From assembly GCA_023256615.1 (NCBI GenBank), contig JAGDXO010000022.1, positions 5,672 through 69,671 on the forward strand: a stretch of DNA of 64,000 bases, given 5' to 3'. This document shows positions 47,964-60,052 of this stretch, one piece after another (within the stretch, counting starts at the first letter, position 1; every line of letters begins with the position of its first letter). A model generated the notes under the pieces. The model saw nothing but the letters and a program-made list of their open reading frames with translations. It was not told where the DNA came from and did not search any database. The DNA is from Thermoplasmata archaeon (GTDB lineage Archaea > Thermoplasmatota > Thermoplasmata > Thermoplasmatales > GCA-001856825). The position numbers were made by a program, and so were the translations under genes.

Positions 47964-50001
47964 TAACATAAGAAAGGTTGATCCTGGGAACCCAGTGCTA
48001 CTTTCATATCTAAAGCATAATTTAACATTGGATATGGTATATTTAAAGAAATATGGAAATCCACCTATGTTGTTAGTGCAAAAAAACAATGAAGAAGTCT
48101 TTAATTCTATTGGAATTGAAACTGGGGGAGAAATCGAATTTTCGGGAAAAGGAAGAAAATTATCAATTAAAGGGGACCACAGATTAATAGATTTTCCAGA
48201 TAAGAATATAGGTGACAGAATAATTGAAATATTGAATAATGAAGATCATGGTTACATCGGAATTAAAATTAAAAGGCATTATTTTGCGACCCCCAATACC
48301 CTCAATAAGAGCAAGAATTTGAACAAAAATGACGAAAGTAAGAAGAATAATCTAAGGGAAGGATGGAAACTGGAGATAGAAACAAATAATACTTCGTTAA
48401 AAAATTATATAAGCCACCTATTTTCCAATAATAAAATAAGAGTCTCATTCAGGAAATGGATCCATAGCTCTCCCACTATAGCCTGGTGGGAAATATCATA
48501 TTTTTTACCTACCAGAATATTAATGAGAAGTGAAAAAGGAATAAAAATCGGTAACACAAATAAGTCAGGTCCAATAATTATTGATCCTAATAAAGAATTT
48601 CATTCTCTTATAATTGGTTCTACAGGAAGTGGAAAAAGCTCACTTGTTTTTAACACAATAAAGAATATCTTGAAAACAAAATCCGGAAAAGTTATATTAA
48701 TAGATCCTCATGGCGATACAGCCTATAAGTTGAGTAAAACAGAATATAATTTTTATGAAATTTCAGGGGAATCAAGTAATGGAATAAATATTCTGCATAA
48801 TTACGATGATAAGAATATTAATTTCAGAATTGCGGAAGATTTCGTATCCATACTTAAATCTACAAGGGAAATGCAATTCTCTGAATCATTTATAGGGCCA
48901 AGAATAGAAGATTTAATCTCGAGAGGAATAGTAGCAATATCCAATGTTCAGGGAGCAACAATTGTAGATCTTTATAATATTTTTAAAAGCCAAGAATCAA
49001 GAAATAAAATTTTAAAATCTAATGAAAACCAAGAACTTAAAAAATTTATAGAAGAAATCGAGGAATTACCCAAAGAGGAGATTGCAGGGACTGAAAGAGC
49101 TCTTGGTAGACTAGCTCTAGATCCTTTTATTAGATCGTTAATATGTAATCCAAAAGATGGTGGTATATTGAATAAGGAAATAGATAAGAATGATTTGATC
49201 CTAATAAATTTAGAAAGAGGATTGATTGGTTATGAAGATTCTCGTATTTTATCAAATATATTAGCCGTATATATCTGGTTTATAATAACTTCTAAAAGAA
49301 ACGGTAACTATTATTTATTTCTTGAAGAAGCCCAGGATTACCAAAGCAAATTTATCTCCGATATGATATCTACTGGAAGAAAATTTGGTCTAAGAATTTT
49401 TTTTATAACTACTTCTTTTAAAGTAATTTCATCAAATCTTGAGGCATTATTCTTCTCGAATATTTCAAATTACATAGTTATGAAGCTTTCAGAACCTGAT
49501 AAAGTAGATTTTGAGAAATTTATGGGATTTCCAATAAATTTTTCTGACGAACAATTAAAATTTACACTTATTTCCTCCAACACGCAAATGAAAGGATACA
49601 CTGATAAGGTTCTATTTGAACCGCATAAATCCAAATTCAAAGAATCAAAATATAGTTTCTTAACTGATACAGAAAATGATAACGATTTATCCATAAAAAT
49701 ATCTGATATATTATCTACTTTCGAATCGAGGGAAAAAACGTTTTTTATTTACGAAACATTCGCAAATTATCTCAGCAATTACGAAAAATCAAAGGTAATA
49801 TCAAATCTAAAGAAAATTTTAAAGGAAAATCAGAGTGTTCAATACATTGGAAGATTTAATATAGATTTTCAGAAAATAAGCGGGAGGTATGAAGTTTTTT
49901 TGTTTACTGGAACATCCAGTGCGGTTATAAAACAGTCCAAAATACCACATTTATTTGAAATATATAGTGATTATATAGAATCGTTAATAGTTACGAAATG
50001 A
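47944..50001 (+). CDS. HerA/FtsK-superfamily ATPase, VirD4/TraG-like coupling-protein candidate (no N-terminal TM)
   Basis: Walker A IIGSTGSGKSSL followed by VILIDPHGD, Walker B YYLFLEEAQDY, then GRKFGLRIFFITTS. 685 aa. Confidence 0.55.
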   Translation: MKYVKVNNIRKVDPGNPVLLSYLKHNLTLDMVYLKKYGNPPMLLVQKNNEEVFNSIGIETGGEIEFSGKGRKLSIKGDHRLIDFPDKNIGDRIIEILNNEDHGYIGIKIKRHYFATPNTLNKSKNLNKNDESKKNNLREGWKLEIETNNTSLKNYISHLFSNNKIRVSFRKWIHSSPTIAWWEISYFLPTRILMRSEKGIKIGNTNKSGPIIIDPNKEFHSLIIGSTGSGKSSLVFNTIKNILKTKSGKVILIDPHGDTAYKLSKTEYNFYEISGESSNGINILHNYDDKNINFRIAEDFVSILKSTREMQFSESFIGPRIEDLISRGIVAISNVQGATIVDLYNIFKSQESRNKILKSNENQELKKFIEEIEELPKEEIAGTERALGRLALDPFIRSLICNPKDGGILNKEIDKNDLILINLERGLIGYEDSRILSNILAVYIWFIITSKRNGNYYLFLEEAQDYQSKFISDMISTGRKFGLRIFFITTSFKVISSNLEALFFSNISNYIVMKLSEPDKVDFEKFMGFPINFSDEQLKFTLISSNTQMKGYTDKVLFEPHKSKFKESKYSFLTDTENDNDLSIKISDILSTFESREKTFFIYETFANYLSNYEKSKVISNLKKILKENQSVQYIGRFNIDFQKISGRYEVFLFTGTSSAVIKQSKIPHLFEIYSDYIESLIVTK

Positions 50002-50029
50002 ATTTATCAGAGTAATAATTGGTCTTATA

Positions 50030-50650
50030 ATGAAGGGAGATATTAATGAGGCCTACCTGTCTTCTCTACTAAGATTAGAGGTAAAGAATTATGACTTAAC
50101 TCCAATCCCTTCAACGTTTTACAAGGACGTAAGAAATTACTTAGAGGATCTGAAGGGTAAAATAGATATAGAAACCACCAAGAAGAATTCCAGACTTGCA
50201 GGTAAATACATCATGGATTTGGAAAATTCCGAAAAAAATTTTAGAAGAATTGTTGAAAGGAGAATATCGAAAATTCTAATGGCAAAGTCATTGGAAGAAA
50301 AGGAACGTGTTGAAGGTCATTTAACTCCTGAGGAACAGATTTTTTATGAATCATTAAGTGAAACCATTAAAAATTTCCTAGAGGAATTATTACACGGCGG
50401 GATAATTACAAATCCGGAGATTCCAACAATTAAAAATGAATCTAAAAAAGAAACAGTTACAGATGAACCTTCAACAAAGGAGGACGAAGGGGAAGAATAC
50501 GCTTTAGTATACATAAAGCAGGACATTCAAAATATTTCTGTTATGGGGGAAAAAATAAACCTCAGGAAGGAGGACATTCTGACACTTCCAGTTAAATATG
50601 CTGATATTATTGATAAGCAAGGACTTGGAAAAAAGCTGAAAATCATCTGA
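50030..50650 (+). CDS. GINS complex subunit, Gins51-like
   Basis: N-terminal A-domain pattern (LLRLEVKNYDLTPIPSTFYKDVRNYLEDL, RRISKIL, LTPEEQIFYESL) and a C-terminal B-domain-like segment (YALVYIKQDIQNISVMGEKINLRKEDILTLPVKYADIIDKQGLGK). Confidence 0.6.
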   Translation: MKGDINEAYLSSLLRLEVKNYDLTPIPSTFYKDVRNYLEDLKGKIDIETTKKNSRLAGKYIMDLENSEKNFRRIVERRISKILMAKSLEEKERVEGHLTPEEQIFYESLSETIKNFLEELLHGGIITNPEIPTIKNESKKETVTDEPSTKEDEGEEYALVYIKQDIQNISVMGEKINLRKEDILTLPVKYADIIDKQGLGKKLKII

Positions 50651-50656
50651 TAAGAA

Positions 50657-50668
50657 ATCTATATATAC
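50657..50668 (+). promoter_or_regulatory. Candidate 23S rRNA promoter TATA box
   Basis: ATCTATATATAC lies immediately after the GINS stop and about 125 nt upstream of the mature 23S 5' end. Confidence 0.4.
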
Positions 50669-50790
50669 AGCGTATTGCTATAGTTCTTTTGCTCATTGTG
50701 CACCTGGTGATCTTGTATCATCAGGGAAGGACTGAAATCCTTTTTAGGATTAATGAAGGTCAGCATAGGGTTAAGATATAGAGAATGGAG

Positions 50791-53709
<2,919 letters not shown>

Positions 53710-53846
53710 TCCATTTTACTTAACCCTTGCTGATTGTGAGCATTTTTTATTTCCGAAATAATGTGAATAAATTTTTATCTACCCTAAATAAATTTTTTAA
53801 AAATGGTATAGGAAATCAAATTTTAAAGAAATTATTGGTAAAAGAA

Positions 53847-54932
53847 TCATTGTGGAAATATTTTTAGTTTATCTTGTTTATAATAAAAAAACAGGGATTG
53901 GTTTATCTCATATGGTACATCGCTGAAAGCAAATATTTCAACCTTTTCTGACTCTGCTGGTGAAACTATAATTCTAAATGCACCCCCGGAATAGCTTGAT
54001 ACCTTTACAATTACCTTACCAGCATTAGTATAATCAGTCAAATCATCCTTAACTGAAATCTTGACATCCTCAGGCCTGAATCCAAAAGTAATTTTTTCCA
54101 CATGTTCTGAACTATTTGGTATTAAGAATTCTAAATTTGCTATTCTTACAAATCTCTTATTTCCTTCTACCTCCATATTACCACTAAGGGTAATAATATC
54201 CCCAACCAATTTTGCTACTCCCAGTGACTTAGGCTGATTATAAATTCTCAGGGGGGAGTCAATTTGTACAAATTTTCCATCTAGCAATACACCAGCCTGG
54301 CTAGCAATTGAAAATATATCTGCCGGATCATGTGAGACTATTAAGGTTGTAATTTTGAGTTCATCTTGAATTTTCTTGACAAGGGCTCTAGCACTATCTC
54401 TCATAGCAGCATCAAGATTGCTGAATGGTTCATCAAGAATTAAAATAGAGGGATTCTTGACCAATGCTCTTGCCAGAGATACTCTCTGCTGCTGTCCTCC
54501 AGACATTTCCCTTGGATAATGTGTTAGAACATTCTCCACCCCTAATGTTGTAGCAACATCTTTTACTCTTTTTTCTATTGTTTCTTTATTTAAATGATGA
54601 GATATTAGAGGGAAAGCTATGTTATCATAAGCAGTCATATTAGGATAAAGGGCCCAATTCTGAAATACCATTCCTATATTTCTCTTCTCAGGAGATATTA
54701 TTAATTTTCCGTCCTTTGATACCAGCTGATCTCCAAAATAAATCTCACCCTTATTCGGTACATCAAGACCAGCGATGATTCTCATCAGCGTTGTTTTGCC
54801 AGCCCCGCTAGGTCCAACAATTCCAAATGATTTTCCACTATCTACTGTTAAATCAATATCTTTTAATGCAACAACTTCTTTCTTTTTTGCTTTAAATATT
54901 TTAGTTACTTTATCAACTCTAATCTCAACCAT
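53847..54932 (-). CDS. Sugar ABC transporter ATP-binding protein (MalK/UgpC-like)
   Basis: Walker A GPSGAGKTT, signature MSGGQQQR, Walker B ILILDEP, and a C-terminal regulatory OB domain. Confidence 0.9.
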   Translation of the reverse strand: MVEIRVDKVTKIFKAKKKEVVALKDIDLTVDSGKSFGIVGPSGAGKTTLMRIIAGLDVPNKGEIYFGDQLVSKDGKLIISPEKRNIGMVFQNWALYPNMTAYDNIAFPLISHHLNKETIEKRVKDVATTLGVENVLTHYPREMSGGQQQRVSLARALVKNPSILILDEPFSNLDAAMRDSARALVKKIQDELKITTLIVSHDPADIFSIASQAGVLLDGKFVQIDSPLRIYNQPKSLGVAKLVGDIITLSGNMEVEGNKRFVRIANLEFLIPNSSEHVEKITFGFRPEDVKISVKDDLTDYTNAGKVIVKVSSYSGGAFRIIVSPAESEKVEIFAFSDVPYEINQSLFFYYKQDKLKIFPQ

Positions 54933-54935
54933 AAA

Positions 54936-55799
54936 TTATACACCTTTCCCTCCTGAACCTAAAGCCATTAAACCCCTAATGAAATATCTGCCAAGAAACA
55001 TAAATAATATCAGGGGTACCATTGATGCTAATACTGCAGCAGCAAAGGTTTCGTTGTACAGAGTCCCAAATCCCCCCGTATAAGACTCAACGGAAACTGA
55101 AACTAATGACATTGATGGATTCGTTACCAGAACAAGCGGGATGAAAAATACATTCCAAGACATTATAAAAATAAAAATCAGGGTCGCTATAAATCCTGGC
55201 AGTACTGATGGGAGGACAACTCTGAAAAAAATTCTTAAATCACTCGCTCCATCTATCCTTGCGGCTTCAGTTAATCTTGCAGGCACAACGGATATAAATA
55301 TTGACATAAGTAATGCACCTGTAGGTAAATAAAATATCAAGTAAGCAAATATTAATCCCCAGTAAGTTCCCAAACCATTTATAGAAACCATAAACCTTGT
55401 GAGTGGCATTAGAGTTGCTTGGTAAGGTATAAATGTAGCAAGCGCAACAATTGTAAAAGCAAAATCACTGAAGAATTTATTTCTCTTGCTGAAACTATTT
55501 GACAGGATATCGAAATAGTATGCAGCCATAGACCCAAAGACCGTACTTATAATTGCTACCGGTAAAATTACACTTAGACTATTAAGAATAGGTTGCTCAA
55601 GGCCAGCCCAGGCTTGCTGAAAGGCATAAGTACTGAAAGATATGGGTGGAACGAGAGCTTTGGAAGATAATATTTCTGAATTACTTTTAAATCCATTTAT
55701 GATCATAGTATATGCCGGTATTAACCACACCATCATGAGAAATATAAGAACTATCTGGGTTATGATTACCTTTGTTAACGGGTTGACTCCTCTCTTCAT
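54936..55799 (-). CDS. Sugar ABC transporter permease (MalG-type)
   Basis: Six TM segments and the EAA loop EAARIDGASDLRIFFRVVLP. Confidence 0.85.
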   Translation of the reverse strand: MKRGVNPLTKVIITQIVLIFLMMVWLIPAYTMIINGFKSNSEILSSKALVPPISFSTYAFQQAWAGLEQPILNSLSVILPVAIISTVFGSMAAYYFDILSNSFSKRNKFFSDFAFTIVALATFIPYQATLMPLTRFMVSINGLGTYWGLIFAYLIFYLPTGALLMSIFISVVPARLTEAARIDGASDLRIFFRVVLPSVLPGFIATLIFIFIMSWNVFFIPLVLVTNPSMSLVSVSVESYTGGFGTLYNETFAAAVLASMVPLILFMFLGRYFIRGLMALGSGGKGV

Positions 55800-55815
55800 A
55801 TTTATGTCATTTTTA

Positions 55816-56673
55816 TCAGTGATGAGCCCACCTCCTCATTCCAAGTACGGCGTACGGTACTACAATTACAAGTGCTATTAATACAACTATTGTGGAAGCA
55901 ACAGATGCATTAGCAAAATAGGAGGTAGAAAATTCGAAATATTGGTAAATTAGTAGTGTCTGTAAATATATATTAGAAGGGCCACCGGATATGACAAAAG
56001 GCAAACTGAATACCCTAAATGAAAATAAAAATAACAGAGCTGTTGAAACAACAAATCCATTCATTGAATTAGGAACAAGAATTTTTCTAAATATTCTGAA
56101 AAAGTTTGCGCCATCAATCCTAGCAGCCTCTACTATCGATTTATCCAAGTTCATAAATGATGCAAGGTAAAATAGCATTGAAATACCAGAATAAGCCCAT
56201 ATAATTATTATTATGAGACTAGGCAAAACAGTTTTTGTTGAAGAAAACCAGGGAGATGTTGGAAGATGAAGGAAAGAAAGCAGAGTATTAATTCCAATAT
56301 TAGGATTAAATAGCCAAAGGAATATCAATCCGTTAGCGGACATTGAAATTGTCAACGGATAGATAAAAATTGACATATACGTCATCCTAACCTTATTACT
56401 TTTAATAGAATAAAGAAGACCAGCAAGTGTCATTCCCAACAAATTACCAACTATAACCAAAGTGCTAGAAATCAAAAATGAATGTGTAAGTGAATTTATA
56501 AAATAATAAGAGGTAAGAACTTGATAATAACTACTTAATCCAACAAATCTTGGAACTGGATTTAAAATTGACCAATTGGTGAAGGAAAAATAAACATTCC
56601 ATAACAGTAAATAAATTAAAATGGTTGCAAAAAATAAAACAGGGAAAGAAAAAAAGAAAGTTTTCTTATCCAT
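55816..56673 (-). CDS. Sugar ABC transporter permease (MalF-type)
   Basis: Six TM segments and the EAA loop EAARIDGANFFRIFRKILVP. Confidence 0.85.
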   Translation of the reverse strand: MDKKTFFFSFPVLFFATILIYLLLWNVYFSFTNWSILNPVPRFVGLSSYYQVLTSYYFINSLTHSFLISSTLVIVGNLLGMTLAGLLYSIKSNKVRMTYMSIFIYPLTISMSANGLIFLWLFNPNIGINTLLSFLHLPTSPWFSSTKTVLPSLIIIIIWAYSGISMLFYLASFMNLDKSIVEAARIDGANFFRIFRKILVPNSMNGFVVSTALLFLFSFRVFSLPFVISGGPSNIYLQTLLIYQYFEFSTSYFANASVASTIVVLIALVIVVPYAVLGMRRWAHH

Positions 56674-58325
56674 TAATAAATTACCCCGCTCCTGACATCT
56701 TTTGATGATCTTTGCAGGTTAGATACGATTGCCTTGAACTCAAAGCTACTAATTGGGAAAACAAATGCGTCATTATTCTTAGATTTTACAGGGTTGAATC
56801 CAGTTATTGGCTGGTTCGCGGATGAAATTGTTGAGGGGCTCTTCTGGCCAGTTCTGTTATACGTTGAATTTGCCCATGGAGGAAGATATGATCCAAATGG
56901 CTGCCCTGGGAATCCCAAGTATCCTAATCCGACTTTATTAGCAGAAAGCCATGATGATTTCTCTACCTGCAATTGTGAATTTATGACGCTGTTCCAAGAG
57001 TTAACGTTGGAAGATCCAGTTTCCTGAAGTGTAATTAATGAACCCGTAAGTGTTGAAAATGGACTTGCAAATAATCCACCATCTGATAGAGCATAAACGA
57101 AATCATTGCTTGGTGTTTGGATAAGTCTTTGGTACATATACCATTGTTCAGGAGTATTATAATAGTCAGTTGTTACGTTGTTCCAATAGGAAATACCCTT
57201 CCATTGAGTCCATATCTTATCACCACTATAGGATGTCCAGTACTTGACGAATAGACTTCCAGCAGCAGCCGTTGGTCCTGTGGGGACCCCAATTGCATCA
57301 AGATTTATTACAAATTCATTTTGTGTTCCAGGGAAAGGTTCGACTAAAACTACTGCATTACTCTGATTAATATATTGACTCGTGGCCGGATACGACGTCG
57401 TATTCATAAAATCATACATATAATTAGTAACGAAATCACCGGCGGTAAGGAATGCAATATGACCTTCAACTAACTCAGAAGCCATTTGCGTCCATGACAT
57501 TGATTGCCATCCAGGATAATCATAGGAAGATTCGGCTAGGAACAAACTATCGGTTTCATTTATTATATTCTGAACAGCTGGATTGGATGTATTTAATGTA
57601 CCGTACGTAAATTCATTATAGAGTTTAGGTCCAGCAAGCGCAAGGAAATTGTTTTCCCATAGTTGTAACTGAGCCCATCCTCCCTCATTTGCTGAAATAC
57701 CCCAAGGAGCTGATGTTGAGTTATAGAAACCATCTTTTACTAACTGTTCAGTGGCATTAAGGAGTTGCATTTCATTTGTAGGGACAGGGATATTATAGTG
57801 CTGAAGGACATTTTTATTCATGTATAACAGTCCCATGGTATGCACCTCTACTGGCATTGAAAGTAGGACACCGTTCATTGCGCCTGCCTCAAATGTTGAT
57901 GGAACAACGTGACCACTAAGATTAGACTCGTAATAAGACGTCCAATTTACAAATCCATTCACTCCCTGTGGATCAACACTCACATAACTGTAAGTCCAAG
58001 GACCATAGTGTGTTTGAAATGCATCAGGTGGTTTTCCTGCTGAAATTAAACTCATAACTGCTATCAAGGAGTTACCTCCTCCGCCGCCTGGGCTTATTTC
58101 CTCAGAAACAGTATATCCTGGGTGTGTTGCTTCAAATGCTGGTATCAAATGACTTAGAGCAACCTTCCCTGTAGTTGCCCACCATGTATACAATACTATA
58201 TTTGTTGTAGTAGGTGTTGTAGATTGTTTCGATAATTCATAACCGGCAATACTTCCAGCAATTATAATTATTACAACAACTACTATTACAATACCTGCTT
58301 TTTTACTTAGTGCCATAATATGCAC
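56673..58325 (-). CDS. Extracellular solute-binding protein of the ABC transporter (membrane-anchored, 550 aa)
   Basis: N-terminal TM anchor, Thr-rich linker QSTTPTTTN, many N-x-S/T sequons, and its position as first gene of the transporter operon. Confidence 0.75.
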   Translation of the reverse strand: MHIMALSKKAGIVIVVVVIIIIAGSIAGYELSKQSTTPTTTNIVLYTWWATTGKVALSHLIPAFEATHPGYTVSEEISPGGGGGNSLIAVMSLISAGKPPDAFQTHYGPWTYSYVSVDPQGVNGFVNWTSYYESNLSGHVVPSTFEAGAMNGVLLSMPVEVHTMGLLYMNKNVLQHYNIPVPTNEMQLLNATEQLVKDGFYNSTSAPWGISANEGGWAQLQLWENNFLALAGPKLYNEFTYGTLNTSNPAVQNIINETDSLFLAESSYDYPGWQSMSWTQMASELVEGHIAFLTAGDFVTNYMYDFMNTTSYPATSQYINQSNAVVLVEPFPGTQNEFVINLDAIGVPTGPTAAAGSLFVKYWTSYSGDKIWTQWKGISYWNNVTTDYYNTPEQWYMYQRLIQTPSNDFVYALSDGGLFASPFSTLTGSLITLQETGSSNVNSWNSVINSQLQVEKSSWLSANKVGLGYLGFPGQPFGSYLPPWANSTYNRTGQKSPSTISSANQPITGFNPVKSKNNDAFVFPISSFEFKAIVSNLQRSSKDVRSGVIY

Positions 58326-58512
58326 CTATAATTAGAGATTTTTCTATTATAAATAAATTATCTAGGTTTGTTATACTAAAAAAGGTAGTAAAATCCAAGA
58401 GAAAAAGGAACTCTGATTTTTTTTATTAATTTATTATGATATAACGCAAATAGAAATAATTTTTATTCATGGATCCACAACGTGTAATACCAGGCTATAT
58501 CAGAATTTTAGA

Positions 58513-58597
58513 TGCGGGGGGAGGGATTTGAACCCCCGAACTCCTACGAGACCAGACCCTGAATCTGGTGCCTTTGACCAGGCTCGACAACCCCCGC
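58513..58597 (-). tRNA. tRNA-Leu (anticodon CAG), long variable arm
   Basis: Reverse complement GCGGGGGTTGTCGAGCCTGGTCAAAGGCACCAGATTCAGGGTCTGGTCTCGTAGGAGTTCGGGGGTTCAAATCCCTCCCCCCGCA. Acceptor stem GCGGGGG/CCCCCGC, anticodon loop TTCAGGG, class II variable arm. Confidence 0.93.
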
Positions 58598-59148
58598 TTT
58601 AATTAGGTAATGATAATAGTATATTCAAAATTATCTTCTGGTATAATAATTTGGACTTGATCAAGCATAAATTCATATTATAACTACTGGGATATCATCT
58701 AATTTTTCTTCCCTCTTATTATGTTAGGTTAACAAGTTGAATAAATTTCTAGAATGAAACCTTCTGCTTTGGCCGTGGTTTTGATTGAATGTTTTTTATT
58801 TCTGAATATATATAACTACAAATATGGACGTTTTTCTAAAACCCTTAGAATAGTAATATAAGATAAGAATACATTTAATCTTCATTTAGAAATCTACATC
58901 CCAAGATGGGCTGCTCTTAATCGATTAATTGCCTCAAATTTTTGTTCTTCATAGAAACTCATTACAATGAAACGAGCAAGAAAGCTCCGACCTTTAGGGA
59001 GGAGATGAATTACAAAACATGGAAGCCAATATTCCCTTTATAATGAGATAAAAACGCGAAGGTGATGAACTATATTTTTCAACTTCAATAGAAATTTTCA
59101 ATCCAATTTTTTTTAATCGAAATGATTTGAAAAATAATATAAGGTAAT

Positions 59149-59388
59149 ATGTATTCAATAAATGAGCAAATGGCAAAACTTGTTTTCAAATGCAGGGACA
59201 TAGGGTTTGAATGCAATTATGAAGCTAATGGAAAGTATGTAGATGAAATAGTTCCTAAGATTATAGAACACCTGAGAGTAGTTCATAACCTAGAAAAATT
59301 AGATGAGGAAATGAAGGATAGAATAGCAAAATCAATAAATAAAGTTCCTATAAAAATTAAAATGGCAGTTGGTAAAAAAACTCTTTAA
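59149..59388 (+). CDS. DUF1059-family small protein
   Basis: The KLVFKCRDIGFECNYEANG ... HLRVVH pattern is typical of DUF1059. The likely true start is the Met of MAKLVF at 59170. Confidence 0.6.
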   Translation: MYSINEQMAKLVFKCRDIGFECNYEANGKYVDEIVPKIIEHLRVVHNLEKLDEEMKDRIAKSINKVPIKIKMAVGKKTL

Positions 59389-59438
59389 TATTCAAAGCGG
59401 TAAAATCAGTATAATTAATTTTAAGTACTATTAGGGAA

Positions 59439-59957
59439 TTGAAATTTATGAATTTGAAAGAACAGACTGACGATTTCCCTCAAACATTCTACGCCTATAT
59501 AGAAATTTCACAGGGAAATAATATGAAATATGAATACAAGGAAGAGCTATCGGGGTTGGTGCTAGATAGGATACTTTCAACTTCTATGATTTATCCAGCA
59601 AATTATGGATTTATTCCATTAACTAAAGGAGCTGACGGAGACCCCCTTGATGTTCTGATAATCTCCTCTTTACCGATTGACCACGGAATTATTGTTAAGT
59701 GTAAGCCTATAGGTCTAGCAGAAATGGAAGATGAGGAAGGAATAGATGATAAAATCATTGCAGTTCCTATCGAAAAGATAGATCCAATATCAAAAAATCT
59801 TCAGAATATTGATGATCTAGCTGAGTATAGTAAAGAAAGTATAAGGCATTTTTTTGAGCACTATAAAGAGCTTGAATCTGGGAAATTCATGAAATTTAAA
59901 GGTTTTAAAGAAAAGAAGGATGCAGTCAAAGTAATTGAAAAATTCTCTTTATTATAA
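59439..59957 (+). CDS. ppa: Inorganic pyrophosphatase, family I
   Basis: EISQGNNMKYEY, YPANYGFIP, and DGDPLDVLII motifs. Confidence 0.9.
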   Translation: MKFMNLKEQTDDFPQTFYAYIEISQGNNMKYEYKEELSGLVLDRILSTSMIYPANYGFIPLTKGADGDPLDVLIISSLPIDHGIIVKCKPIGLAEMEDEEGIDDKIIAVPIEKIDPISKNLQNIDDLAEYSKESIRHFFEHYKELESGKFMKFKGFKEKKDAVKVIEKFSLL

Positions 59958-60052
59958 CTGTAAATACTTTTTGATTATAATTTAACCGCGAGAACAAAAT
60001 GATGGACATATGTTAATAATTATTTAATACCAAATTGGTCATGAATTAATCG

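Noticed and set aside
44098-50029. Integrated conjugative element or plasmid with integrase, relaxase and att repeats around the T4SS-like genes
   Set aside because: No integrase, transposase, relaxase or partition genes, and no tRNA boundary, are present in or next to the cluster. I could not identify flanking direct repeats by eye. A whole-genome repeat search is still needed.
50030-50650. The 206-aa ORF directly downstream of the ATPases as a sixth member of the T4SS-like operon
   Set aside because: Its N- and C-terminal patterns fit the archaeal Gins51 replication factor. It is separated by a 28-nt gap rather than an overlap, so it is treated as an independent housekeeping gene.
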